Assembly: GCA_030593885.1 (NCBI GenBank) | Contig: JAUVGH010000005.1 | Location: 4,387 to 68,386 of the forward strand | Direction of reading: 5' to 3' | Length of the DNA: 64,000 nt | Source: Methanomassiliicoccales archaeon | GTDB taxonomy: Archaea > Thermoplasmatota > Thermoplasmata > RBG-16-68-12 > SOIM01 | Shown here: positions 34,963-44,027 of the stretch, piece after piece | Layout: every line of letters starts with the position of its first letter | Position numbering within the stretch: the first letter of the stretch is position 1 | The notes under the pieces: model-generated | Told to the model about the DNA's origin: nothing | The model's input: only the letters and a program-made list of their open reading frames with translations | The model's database searches: none | Program-made: the position numbers and the translations under genes

Positions 34963-35247
34963 GGCCCAAAGATGCCATCGGGCCGAAGATGGTTGGAAGT
35001 CGTAAGGTGCCAGAGGTGGAGTTAGAAAAGCCTACAAGAATGCATCCGAAGCAAGAGAGAACGAGCAAGTCTGTCGGTACAGGTCCAGTGGCCTACACTC
35101 TCAGTGGAGGAGGGAATTCTGGAATGCATGCCTAAAACATTCAGGATTTTCCTTTCTCTCGCAAAACGAGCACAGGAAGCTCAATAGATGTGGGTGGATT
35201 GGCATAGGTATTCTACCCTAGAGGTCATTGAACGACGGGTCCATCCT
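34963..35247 (+). pseudogene. Composite relic: a fragment of the Cys-rich gene fused to the 3' end of the HTH gene (copy B of repeats A1+A2)
   Basis: 34963..35091 matches 29686..29814, and 35085..35247 matches 31441..31603. The two halves join at a shared CCAGTGG. The 74-aa ORF 34911..35135 contains GPKMVGSRKVPE..LEKP.RMHP, as in the intact Cys-rich protein. Confidence 0.8.
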
Positions 35248-35318
35248 GCCCATTGTGGAATGTTGTACGTTGCCAGAATGGCTTCATTGAATCTAATGGG
35301 AAGCCAAATACAAGGGAG

Positions 35319-37727
35319 CTAGTTCTGCAGTACCCACGTCACGTCTGACGGTACCCAAATCCAATACGCCTGGAATGGTTCCATGACGGAAGAGTCTGAC
35401 ATGTGCTCAAGATGGTAAGGCTCCAGGTCAGAAATGCCTTCAACCTCATACTCCGTAATCCCTGACAAGGCATCACCCACAAGCCTGGCATACGGTGAAC
35501 AATAGCCAATGAAGTTCCATCCAGTGATCAAGTTGTAGGTAATTGAAGTGGGAACATCACCCACGGCGATGATCCTGTCATTCACAGTCATATCAATCCA
35601 GTAACCTCTGCCAAACTCCAACTCCTGGAAATCCTGATACGGCTTGTCTTTGGAGATTGATTTCCACGGGTCTAATGCATCGGTCGGATCGAAGTAATGA
35701 ATGTTGTTGAAACTTCCCCATATCTGGCTGAGATGCACTGGGTCATTGTTGATTACGGGCAGGGCCAATGATTGAACGCCCGATGCTAATCCTACGTTGA
35801 TCTTTGCCACCACCCCGCTCACCGCCCAATTCAAGTGATGGTCTGCAACATAAAGCCGGTAATAGAAATCATCAGGGTTGTTGGAGCCTGCCCCAGTATG
35901 GTCGTAACAAGATATGGGAAGGTCATCCAATGTCCATTCCTCTAACACCGAATAAGGACCTAGGTACTGATTCGAGTACTGCAAAGTATAGAGCCATACG
36001 TCTGTGGATGTTGAGTTGTCAAAGCAGATTGAGTTGTAGTCGGGTAGAGCAGATATGGATCTGAAATCCGGTGGATTAGGAGCAACGATGTCTTCATCGG
36101 ACATGTCATTGGTCAATTCCAACACCACACAGGAATCTTGATTCATGTTTCCGGCCTCATCAAAGGCGTATACACAGTACTCGTACGTGCCCACATCTGG
36201 GAAAGGCGGAGGAGGCATTTGTGGACTGTAATCCTTCACGACTTCGTCCATCTCGTCAAACGATCCATCCGAGGCATACAAGGGATAACCTGGGAAGTTA
36301 CCTCGGCCAATCGTGTAGACGGCTTCAGCAATCATTCGATCATCCGAGACATCTGCCCAGATCTGGAAGTCTATCGGTTCATCTTTGTGGAATCTGACAT
36401 GATCCAAGCCATTGATCTTCGGAAAAGATTTAGGCAACGAGGAATCGATTGTGAAATGCTCTGAAATCACACAGGTGACCATCTGAGCGGGATTCCAAGC
36501 GCAAATCTCGATTCTTGCTTCGGTCGTATTTGTGGATGGAACAGACCAATTGACAGACATTGATGTCAGTACGTCGCCCCATCCCGAGAACGGCTGGGAG
36601 ACGCCGAGGGAGGCGACAACCCAAGGACCGCTGTCATTCAAAGAATAGTTCACCAAGAACTGAAGCTGGTCATTCCTGGCGTTGTCGTCGTGCGCAAGCC
36701 ACTTCAATGTTTCTGTAGTACCTCCTGCCAAAGCCTCTCCTGCCAAAGGCCGGAGTATCGTGATTGAGGGTGGATTAAGAGAGGGTCTGGGCCAGGAAAG
36801 GTCCGTCACAAAGTCAACTAGGTTATCGTTCGTGTCGTCCGCGTATACTGGGTAAGTTCCAGTCCTGTGCATAGCAAAGCCAGATGAGGGTGCATTGGCG
36901 TCGGTCATGATTGTGTTGTCCGGTTCAAAGTAGTGGCAACCGCCGACGGTTGCGTTCCATTCTACGCGATCGACTATTATGTCGCTGCCATCGAACGCTG
37001 GCCCTGTGTTATTCCAAACCAGCTTCAGCTCGTCGCCACAACCATCAAGGTCGATATCTTTGAGACTCGCGTAGAAATAGGCCGTGGCATTGGACGTCCC
37101 CGAAAGCGTTTGGATGGGGCCGTTGAGCGAGCCGTCGTTCTTCTCCAGGTAGAACCCGGACATGTCAAAGAACGGGTCCCGGGTATAGATGAACACGTAG
37201 TCTGTAAGTCCGTCAATAGGCTCAGGAACAATCCAACTTATTTTCGGGTACAAAGGCGGCTGAACTGCAGAGAGATTGAGGTCTTCATAATAGACAATGG
37301 TGGTCATCCATAGCTGAGTCTCCACAAACACACCAGCGTCGAAGAGAGTATCACCGTCTGGATCAAGATCGATGTTCGTGAAATTGCCCAAAGCGTACAT
37401 TATGGGTTCGTCGATGTCTCCTCCTTCCTTTATCCAAGGCGTATTTGGGTTTCCAGGAGCTGTCACCCAGTTCCCTGCCGTATCCAAGTCATACCATGTC
37501 TCGCTTGCGGAATCAAATGTGTAGTTATCTCCGTATTCGACACCATCTATCCATGATGTGAGCAGTTCACCCACACCGTATCGGGTCCCGGTCTCATCAA
37601 GAGCATGCCCCCAAGAATTATGAGGAACCGGTATGGCCCCCATTACGTTCACGGTTATGGGAGCTATGCCACTGAGAACCAGCACCCCCACCAACGCACC
37701 TGCCCAAACGACTGCCCACTTCTTCAT
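35319..37727 (-). CDS. Large secreted or cell-surface protein of unknown function
   Basis: 802-aa ORF with an N-terminal signal or anchor (MKKWAVVWAGALVGVLVLSGIAP). The sequence is beta-rich and rich in Asp, Asn and Trp, typical of archaeal surface proteins. Confidence 0.7.
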   Translation of the reverse strand: MKKWAVVWAGALVGVLVLSGIAPITVNVMGAIPVPHNSWGHALDETGTRYGVGELLTSWIDGVEYGDNYTFDSASETWYDLDTAGNWVTAPGNPNTPWIKEGGDIDEPIMYALGNFTNIDLDPDGDTLFDAGVFVETQLWMTTIVYYEDLNLSAVQPPLYPKISWIVPEPIDGLTDYVFIYTRDPFFDMSGFYLEKNDGSLNGPIQTLSGTSNATAYFYASLKDIDLDGCGDELKLVWNNTGPAFDGSDIIVDRVEWNATVGGCHYFEPDNTIMTDANAPSSGFAMHRTGTYPVYADDTNDNLVDFVTDLSWPRPSLNPPSITILRPLAGEALAGGTTETLKWLAHDDNARNDQLQFLVNYSLNDSGPWVVASLGVSQPFSGWGDVLTSMSVNWSVPSTNTTEARIEICAWNPAQMVTCVISEHFTIDSSLPKSFPKINGLDHVRFHKDEPIDFQIWADVSDDRMIAEAVYTIGRGNFPGYPLYASDGSFDEMDEVVKDYSPQMPPPPFPDVGTYEYCVYAFDEAGNMNQDSCVVLELTNDMSDEDIVAPNPPDFRSISALPDYNSICFDNSTSTDVWLYTLQYSNQYLGPYSVLEEWTLDDLPISCYDHTGAGSNNPDDFYYRLYVADHHLNWAVSGVVAKINVGLASGVQSLALPVINNDPVHLSQIWGSFNNIHYFDPTDALDPWKSISKDKPYQDFQELEFGRGYWIDMTVNDRIIAVGDVPTSITYNLITGWNFIGYCSPYARLVGDALSGITEYEVEGISDLEPYHLEHMSDSSVMEPFQAYWIWVPSDVTWVLQN

Positions 37728-37873
37728 ACATTTCCTCCACGTTTTGACTTAGAGCGGTCAAGAATCCATAGCTTTTCCCCACTATAAATATCTTCTTCAG
37801 TTTAGAAGATTGGCCTTCCATCAGAGAGACTTTCTGGATACTCAACCTGGGCGTGGAAGATGTCCAGTCGAGC

Positions 37874-38104
37874 TCATGGCGCTTTCCCTTTCTCACAAAA
37901 ATACGGACTTCCGTTCACGCCTTTCAGATCATATATCCTGTACACGGGGCACTCCGGGCATCTGCATCCCTTCTTGTCCACCTTGGCTTCAGAGTTACCT
38001 CTGGCGCAGTACAGAAAAGGAAAAGGTGGGTTGGGAAGGCTCGGGCATGTTCCACAGAAGTCCATGCAATGGTTAAGGTTCTCGGGTGTGTCATCCACAG
38101 GCAA
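37874..38104 (-). CDS. Small Cys-rich protein, DUF2769-like
   Basis: CMDFCGTCPS...LYCARGNSEAKVDKKGCRCPECPVYRIYDL...YFCEKG resembles the duplicated C..C..CP / C.C..CPV pattern I associate with DUF2769. Confidence 0.5.
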   Translation of the reverse strand: MPVDDTPENLNHCMDFCGTCPSLPNPPFPFLYCARGNSEAKVDKKGCRCPECPVYRIYDLKGVNGSPYFCEKGKAP

Positions 38105-38139
38105 GGTGATCCCTCGAGCCTTCTGTATGATTCCTGCCC

Positions 38140-38652
38140 TTAAGATATTACGTTCCTGAACATCTTCCGGACCATCACCCTCTTGAGAAGGAAGTAGTCC
38201 TCGGTAGCGGCCATGATGGCGCGCATCTCCATCTTCTTTCTTTCGTCGTCCCAGTCGGTAGTGATCATCTTCGCCGTACCCATGAGCTTCATCCTCTGCT
38301 CCTTGGGCAACTTGGTCAGAACGTCCGTCCGGGCCTTGACAATCTTCACCCTGTCTTCTTCAGACAGCATTGCCAGTGAGTCGAACATGTTAGTGACGGC
38401 GTCCTTCCTCTCATCGTCAGACATCTGAACGAAGGACATGAGTCGTGCATACAGGATCTTCAGTCTGTCCTCCTCGGGCTTCGCGGCGTTCATCTGCAGA
38501 ACCTCTACCATCTGGCTCATCTGCTCTGCTTTCTTTTCGTACTCCTGGCACGAAGAACATGTCGCGAAGTGCTCATCCAAGGACCCGTCGTCCGCTTCGG
38601 CACATGCGGAGCATGCATCGGCCAGCTTCTCTATCTCGTCTTTTAAGGCCAT
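38140..38652 (-). CDS. Helical protein with an N-terminal CxxC...CxxC motif, unknown function
   Basis: 170-aa ORF with ACSACAE...CSSCQEY near the N-terminus. The rest is charged and helical. It lies 35 nt upstream of the DUF2769-like gene on the same strand. Confidence 0.5.
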   Translation of the reverse strand: MALKDEIEKLADACSACAEADDGSLDEHFATCSSCQEYEKKAEQMSQMVEVLQMNAAKPEEDRLKILYARLMSFVQMSDDERKDAVTNMFDSLAMLSEEDRVKIVKARTDVLTKLPKEQRMKLMGTAKMITTDWDDERKKMEMRAIMAATEDYFLLKRVMVRKMFRNVIS

Positions 38653-38942
38653 TTCATCACCTCAATGGTAGTTATCGTGTCTCGGATGGGTATTATACGT
38701 TTGTTTGTAGCGGTAGAGAGTAACAATTCACCTATGAGAGGTGGAAGTACCAGATATGATCCTAAATGCCAGGCAACCAAATCCAATTATCTGTCAATAG
38801 GAGAATGCTGTAACTTCGAGGATGAACAGAGCAGGAGATAACACTGTGTAAGAATGTTGTCATTATGCACCGCGTACGAATTCACTCGATGGTCAACTTA
38901 ATAAGGAAATCATACATAAGCCTGAACGAGGGGCGGATCAGT

Positions 38943-40340
38943 ATGGGGACGCTGATTTACAGAAGGAAGTTTTTTGGGTTTGGTGTAACACTGCTGTTCT
39001 TGTTCTCGGCAATGGCAACAACATCGATGGTGGCCACGAGCTGCACTACATGCCACGGGAACGGGATTCTGGATGCGATATACAATGACTGGAACAACAG
39101 CAAACACGCGCAGAACGGGGTAACATGTCAGACCTGCCACGAGGCGGATCCGAGCGATGTGGATGCGATCAGTCACAATGGATACACGATATCGGTAATC
39201 GTTTCGCCTCAGGACTGCAGCGCCTGCCACGACAAGGAGGCCCAGGAGTTCGAACAGAGCCTTCATTCGTTGGGCGCGAAGTACTACGAATATCTCTTCG
39301 GCAAGGGAGTTCTTCCCTTCCTCGAGAGCCAGATAGAGGGCGGCTACATCGTCGGAGAGAATGACGTGAACATCACACACGCTGCGACCCTAAGAGGCTG
39401 TCAATCGTGCCACGGCACCAACATGACCGGCAAGTCGACCGACGACTACTTGGTGTGGCCGAACAACGGCATAGGGAGAATAAACCCGGACGGGAGCATG
39501 GGAAGCTGCGCGGCGTGCCATACCAGACATACGTTCTCGATCGCGGAAGCGAGGCATCCTGAGACGTGCGGACAGTGTCACATGGGGCCGGATCACCCGC
39601 AGATAGAGATCTTCATGGAATCCAAGCACGGGAACATCTACTCCTCGGAAGGCGACAGCTGGAACTGGGACGTCAAGGACTGGGTCGCAGGGGTGGACTA
39701 CAGGGCACCGACGTGCGCTGGATGCCACATGTCCGGAGCACCTGGGGCTCCAGCAACTCACGACGTGAGCGCAAGGCTCAGCTGGGAGCTTGAACCGGCT
39801 GTGTCCAGACACACGGATAACATCGCGAACAGTCTTGGGATAGACTTCACCGACGGCACCACGTGGGAGGTCAAGAGGGACAGGATGAAAGCAGTGTGCA
39901 AACAATGCCATTCTTCAACCTGGGTGGACAATTACTACCTTCAAGCGGACATCGCGGTGGAGCTCTACAACGAGCAATACGCCTACGTGAAGTCAATAAT
40001 GGAGGACCTCTACGAGGACGGGCTGCTGACGCCGGATCCATTTGACGAGGTCATCGAGTTCAAGTACTACGAGTTCTGGCATCACGAGGGACGAAGAGCG
40101 AGGATGGCCGCCTTCATGCAGGCGCCCGACTACGTCCAGTGGCACGGGTTCTACGAACTCCTCCAGGACAGGGAAGAGATAGAGCACATGGCGGAGGAGA
40201 TAAGGGCGGCAAGCGAGGAGAGCGAGACCTCAGCGGACCTGGATTTCCTGCTCCTGGCACTCGGCGTCTTCCTCCTGGCGGAACTTGTGGTGATAACTAT
40301 CCTGTTTTTCAGGCGCCAGAAACCGGAGTTGCCGGAGTAA
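38943..40340 (+). CDS. Membrane-anchored octaheme cytochrome c, hydroxylamine oxidoreductase (HAO)-like family
   Basis: - Eight CxxCH motifs: CTTCH, CQTCH, CSACH, CQSCH, CAACH, CGQCH, CAGCH, CKQCH.
- The blocks CAACHTRHTF and ETCGQCHMGPDHPQIEIFMESKHG resemble HAO-family signatures.
- N-terminal signal or anchor helix and a C-terminal TM helix (LLLALGVFLLAELVVITILFF).
- The start is probably ATG 38943, preceded by GAGGGG. Confidence 0.7.
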   Translation: MGTLIYRRKFFGFGVTLLFLFSAMATTSMVATSCTTCHGNGILDAIYNDWNNSKHAQNGVTCQTCHEADPSDVDAISHNGYTISVIVSPQDCSACHDKEAQEFEQSLHSLGAKYYEYLFGKGVLPFLESQIEGGYIVGENDVNITHAATLRGCQSCHGTNMTGKSTDDYLVWPNNGIGRINPDGSMGSCAACHTRHTFSIAEARHPETCGQCHMGPDHPQIEIFMESKHGNIYSSEGDSWNWDVKDWVAGVDYRAPTCAGCHMSGAPGAPATHDVSARLSWELEPAVSRHTDNIANSLGIDFTDGTTWEVKRDRMKAVCKQCHSSTWVDNYYLQADIAVELYNEQYAYVKSIMEDLYEDGLLTPDPFDEVIEFKYYEFWHHEGRRARMAAFMQAPDYVQWHGFYELLQDREEIEHMAEEIRAASEESETSADLDFLLLALGVFLLAELVVITILFFRRQKPELPE

Positions 40341-40468
40341 TCGGCCGGTCCGACCGCTTATCGAGCGATCATTCCTCAGGAAGATGCCCGGTCAGCGACT
40401 CGGGATGACGAATAGTAGATATGTTTATCAACGAATCTAGCCCTTCCAGGCTGATGTGGTGCGGCTTC

Positions 40469-43213
40469 ATGAGGAGTAGGTTGTTACTGCCCTTGCTATG
40501 TACTGCGATCTTTGTTCTTGCCATATCGTCAGCATTCCCAACATTGACGACTGCACTTCCGGACAGCGTCGAGACCTTCGAAAACGAGATGGCCACCATG
40601 CCCGTCACTGTGTTCGCCAACGGGTCGGTCGTTTTCGTAGTTGCCAGTGACGGCCTCTCGTTTGGAGGCTTCACGATCGCCAACGTCTCGGATGAGATCT
40701 TTGGAGATTACATCTTCGTGGATCTCTATGATGACGGTACCGGCGGAGACAATCCGAATGATGGGGTCTACACCGGCAATTTCACCGTGGTCTACGATAT
40801 GGGCGTGAACGGCCAGTTCACGGACGATATCACGGACACACTGGACCTCATGGATGGAGGCGTAGCGACAGTCCTGGTGGACATAGACCTGCTGACTGAC
40901 TCTGGTTTCGCACAGATTCAAGGCGATTTCAGCCCTCCGAATGTCGCGATAAACAGCGGATCCGACACCGTTGACCTGGCATACACCCTGAACGCGACCA
41001 TAACCGATCCGAACATGGATACCGCGAACGTGTGGTACAACGTGGACGGAGGGACCGACCGAAGACTGGCCTTCATGGGCGATACTGAATACGAAACCCA
41101 GATCGACACCTCTTCTCTCCTCGACGGCCCCCACACGATAAGGGTAATCGCCTTCGACATCGTCCTGAACTCTGACAGCACCAAGACCGTGACGATAACA
41201 GTGGACCATCCCGCGCCGGATGTCAGCATCACAGTCACCCACACGCCTGATGAGCCCAAAGAGGGGGACAGAGTGACCTTCACCGTGGAGATCGAGAACA
41301 CTGGGGATGCCGATGCGGAAGATATCTCAGTTTCTCTGATAGTAGATGGGACCGAGATTGACACTCAGACCGAGACCATAGCAGCGGGAGGGACCTCGAC
41401 CGTTGAGCTGGAATGGACCGCGACCGAGGGACAGCATGACATCGAGGTTCAGTTGTCCGGGACAGGCGTGAATGTCGGTTCACCGCTGGAGGTCTTCGAC
41501 ATCCAGCCAGCTCCGGAAGATATTCTGGAGAATCCTTGGTTCTTGGCCGGATTGGTGGTCATCTTCACAATTGCCATGATCGGTGGCACGATAGTCTATG
41601 CCCGCACGGCCAGGGACCTAGCCAGAGGGACCGCACCCAAGTCCGCACCCGCTGAATATGCGACGACGGTACCCGTGGGAGCCAAGGGCCCCTGCGAAGA
41701 GATCAGATTGAAGTGGAAGGCGATCCAAGCGGAATACGAGAGGGCCAAGGCAGAGAGGGACGCCGCCAGGCAGAGAGCGGACGATCTCAAGGACAAGGCA
41801 CGAAAGGCCAGGGAAGAGGCTGAAAAGGCAAAGCAGGAAGCGGAAGCGGCGGAACAGGAAGCAGAGGAGACCAACAAGGCCTACGAAGAAGGAAAGAGAG
41901 CTCTGGAAGATGCCGACCAAGCTAAGGTCGATTTCTTTGACGACGTTCTCGAGAGGGGTATGTCGGTGGGAGACCCAGACATGGAGCAGCCCAACAACGT
42001 AGGCTTCTTCGGCGGTGAGGTGAAGATCTGGTTCTGGACGGCAGAGCAGGGCGAAAAGATCGCCGAATTCAAGAGGGAGAACAGGGAGAGATATGACGAG
42101 CTTCAGCAGGCAAATGACGACCTCAAGAAGGAACTGGAGCAATTGAAATCAGAAGCTGCCAGAGCGAACAGGGAGGCTGCGGAGGCGGAGGCAAGAGCTA
42201 AGGAGGCCGAAGCAAAGGCCCAGCAGGCGGAGAACGAAGCGGCCCAGGCGGAAGAGGAATATGAGAACCTCAAGAATGAAGCGGAGAATCTGAAGAACAA
42301 AGGGGAGGCCTTCAGGGAGAAATGGAGGATATGCAAGCTCAAGAGTCTGGAGGAGGCGACCGAGAGGGCCGAGAAGGCAGCACGGGAAGCCGCCGAAGCG
42401 GCCAGGAGGGCGAAGGACGCTCTCAACCCCGAAGACTACGAGAAGGCCAAGGAAGAGGCCGAGGACGCCAGGGACAGAGCGGGGGAAGCAGAGGAGGATG
42501 CTGAGGGCCTGAAGGATGACCTGGAAAACGAGGGAATGGACGAGGATACCAGCGATTTGGATGAAAGGATGCGGAGAGCGAGATTGGACGCGGACAATGC
42601 TGTCGATGAGGCCAAGCGCACGGGTGGAATGTTCTACCCGGACCCCAACAGCTTGGGAGGTCCGTGCAAACCCGGGGAGGAGAAGATCCTGGGCGAGAGC
42701 ACGCATCGATTCCAGTTCTTTGATCCGTCCAGGGATATCAAGATGCCCCACTTCTACGGGACCGAAGGTGGCACTGAAGCAGCGAAGGGATTCGCTGCAT
42801 ACCTGGGAGTCGTTTCGGAGATATGTGGAAAGATACAGGACGCCATAGAAGAGCTGCCGGGAGGCGGTCTGGTGGGAATGCCGCTTGAATACTGGTCGAG
42901 CATTATGGAGGCCGGAGGGGATGCGCTTGACAGTATCAGCGATCGGCCGGGACGTCTGGGCACGATCAACATGGGAGGACTCGAGATACCTACCATCACG
43001 TTCACGGTCACCTGCAGGGACAAGATTGTCTGCATTGACGGCACCTGGCAGGAGGTGTCGGAGAAGGTCTCAGAATCGGCACCAGTCAGGAGCCAGATAA
43101 CCTATCCGGACAACATAGCGGTCACGCCCAAAGAAGCAACTGAATGGGTGAGTAGAAGGTTGAAGACCCTGAAGAACCAGCAGACCAGGTACGAGGACGA
43201 TCCCTGCGGTTGA
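40469..43213 (+). CDS. Single-pass membrane protein: extracellular Ig-like/CARDB domains, long cytoplasmic coiled coil, C-terminal globular domain
   Basis: - Signal peptide: MRSRLLLPLLCTAIFVLAISSAFP.
- CARDB-like block: DRVTFTVEIENTGDADAEDISVSLIVDG...TVELEWTATEGQHDIEV.
- TM helix: WFLAGLVVIFTIAMIGGTIVYA.
- About 330 aa of A/E/K/R-rich coiled coil.
- About 230 aa of unassigned C-terminal domain. Confidence 0.7.
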   Translation: MRSRLLLPLLCTAIFVLAISSAFPTLTTALPDSVETFENEMATMPVTVFANGSVVFVVASDGLSFGGFTIANVSDEIFGDYIFVDLYDDGTGGDNPNDGVYTGNFTVVYDMGVNGQFTDDITDTLDLMDGGVATVLVDIDLLTDSGFAQIQGDFSPPNVAINSGSDTVDLAYTLNATITDPNMDTANVWYNVDGGTDRRLAFMGDTEYETQIDTSSLLDGPHTIRVIAFDIVLNSDSTKTVTITVDHPAPDVSITVTHTPDEPKEGDRVTFTVEIENTGDADAEDISVSLIVDGTEIDTQTETIAAGGTSTVELEWTATEGQHDIEVQLSGTGVNVGSPLEVFDIQPAPEDILENPWFLAGLVVIFTIAMIGGTIVYARTARDLARGTAPKSAPAEYATTVPVGAKGPCEEIRLKWKAIQAEYERAKAERDAARQRADDLKDKARKAREEAEKAKQEAEAAEQEAEETNKAYEEGKRALEDADQAKVDFFDDVLERGMSVGDPDMEQPNNVGFFGGEVKIWFWTAEQGEKIAEFKRENRERYDELQQANDDLKKELEQLKSEAARANREAAEAEARAKEAEAKAQQAENEAAQAEEEYENLKNEAENLKNKGEAFREKWRICKLKSLEEATERAEKAAREAAEAARRAKDALNPEDYEKAKEEAEDARDRAGEAEEDAEGLKDDLENEGMDEDTSDLDERMRRARLDADNAVDEAKRTGGMFYPDPNSLGGPCKPGEEKILGESTHRFQFFDPSRDIKMPHFYGTEGGTEAAKGFAAYLGVVSEICGKIQDAIEELPGGGLVGMPLEYWSSIMEAGGDALDSISDRPGRLGTINMGGLEIPTITFTVTCRDKIVCIDGTWQEVSEKVSESAPVRSQITYPDNIAVTPKEATEWVSRRLKTLKNQQTRYEDDPCG

Positions 43214-43262
43214 ACGGCAGAAACTCAAAACAATGAAATAACCGCATCATCTATTCACGATC

Positions 43263-43970
43263 GTGGACCAGTTAGAAGTTCTTCCAGGCATAACGGTTGA
43301 CAGAGACCATGCTTTGTATCTGAGCAAGAGCGGGACAATAGTCATCGCCGATCTTCATCTCGGTTACGAAGGGGCCTTGCACGAAGAAGGGGTCTCGATA
43401 CCGCGTTTCCAAAAAGACATCATGATGGACAGGATAGAGAGGATAGTCGAGAAGTATCAACCAAGCAAGATCATAATCAACGGGGACTTCAAGCACGAGT
43501 TCTCCAGGAACCTGTCGCAGGAATGGGACGACGTCAACGACGTTCTCAACATGCTGATAGATGAAGTGGACGTCGAGTTGGTCCGGGGGAACCACGATAA
43601 CTATCTTCTGACAATACTGACGAAGAAGGGATTGGACCTCAAGGATAGAACAGAATCCCAGGGCATGAGGATAACCCACGGGCACAAGGAGGTCGAATGG
43701 GACGGCACACTGATCATCGGACACGAACATCCATCGCTGCAACTGAGAGATGAGATAGGCGCTTCCATCAAAAGACCGTGCTTTCTCATAGGTGAAAGAG
43801 TGATCGTCCTTCCCGCTTTCTCTCCGTTGGCAACCGGAACCAATGCCGCATCCATGCATTTCATCTCACCGCCATTGAAGGACTTGGACGAACACACTAG
43901 GGTCATAGCCATCGACGAGAAACTGGGCCTCATGGATTTTCAAACCCTTGCGGACATCAGACGAAGTTAG
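43263..43970 (+). CDS. ICC-like metallophosphoesterase (archaeal COG1407-type)
   Basis: Calcineurin-like motifs appear in order: IADLHLGYE, INGDFKHEF, RGNHD, GHEHP. GTG start. Confidence 0.75.
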   Translation: MDQLEVLPGITVDRDHALYLSKSGTIVIADLHLGYEGALHEEGVSIPRFQKDIMMDRIERIVEKYQPSKIIINGDFKHEFSRNLSQEWDDVNDVLNMLIDEVDVELVRGNHDNYLLTILTKKGLDLKDRTESQGMRITHGHKEVEWDGTLIIGHEHPSLQLRDEIGASIKRPCFLIGERVIVLPAFSPLATGTNAASMHFISPPLKDLDEHTRVIAIDEKLGLMDFQTLADIRRS

Positions 43971-44027
43971 ATTCAAAACAATTAACTATTGAATCTCCAT
44001 TAGCCGTGTCATAGGGAGGAGGACGTA

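Noticed and set aside
41596-42751. Long antisense and alternative-frame ORFs, for example 41618..42142, 42103..42426 and 42149..42751. Similar ones lie inside the cytochrome (39390..39911), the aminotransferase (56471..57124, 56649..57647), kae1 (58040..58648) and the Cys-rich gene (30445..31020).
   Set aside because: They lie entirely inside longer ORFs with clear family motifs. They have skewed low-complexity composition (Ser/Leu/Arg/Ala-rich). They are expected by chance in GC-rich or repetitive GA-rich coding sequence.
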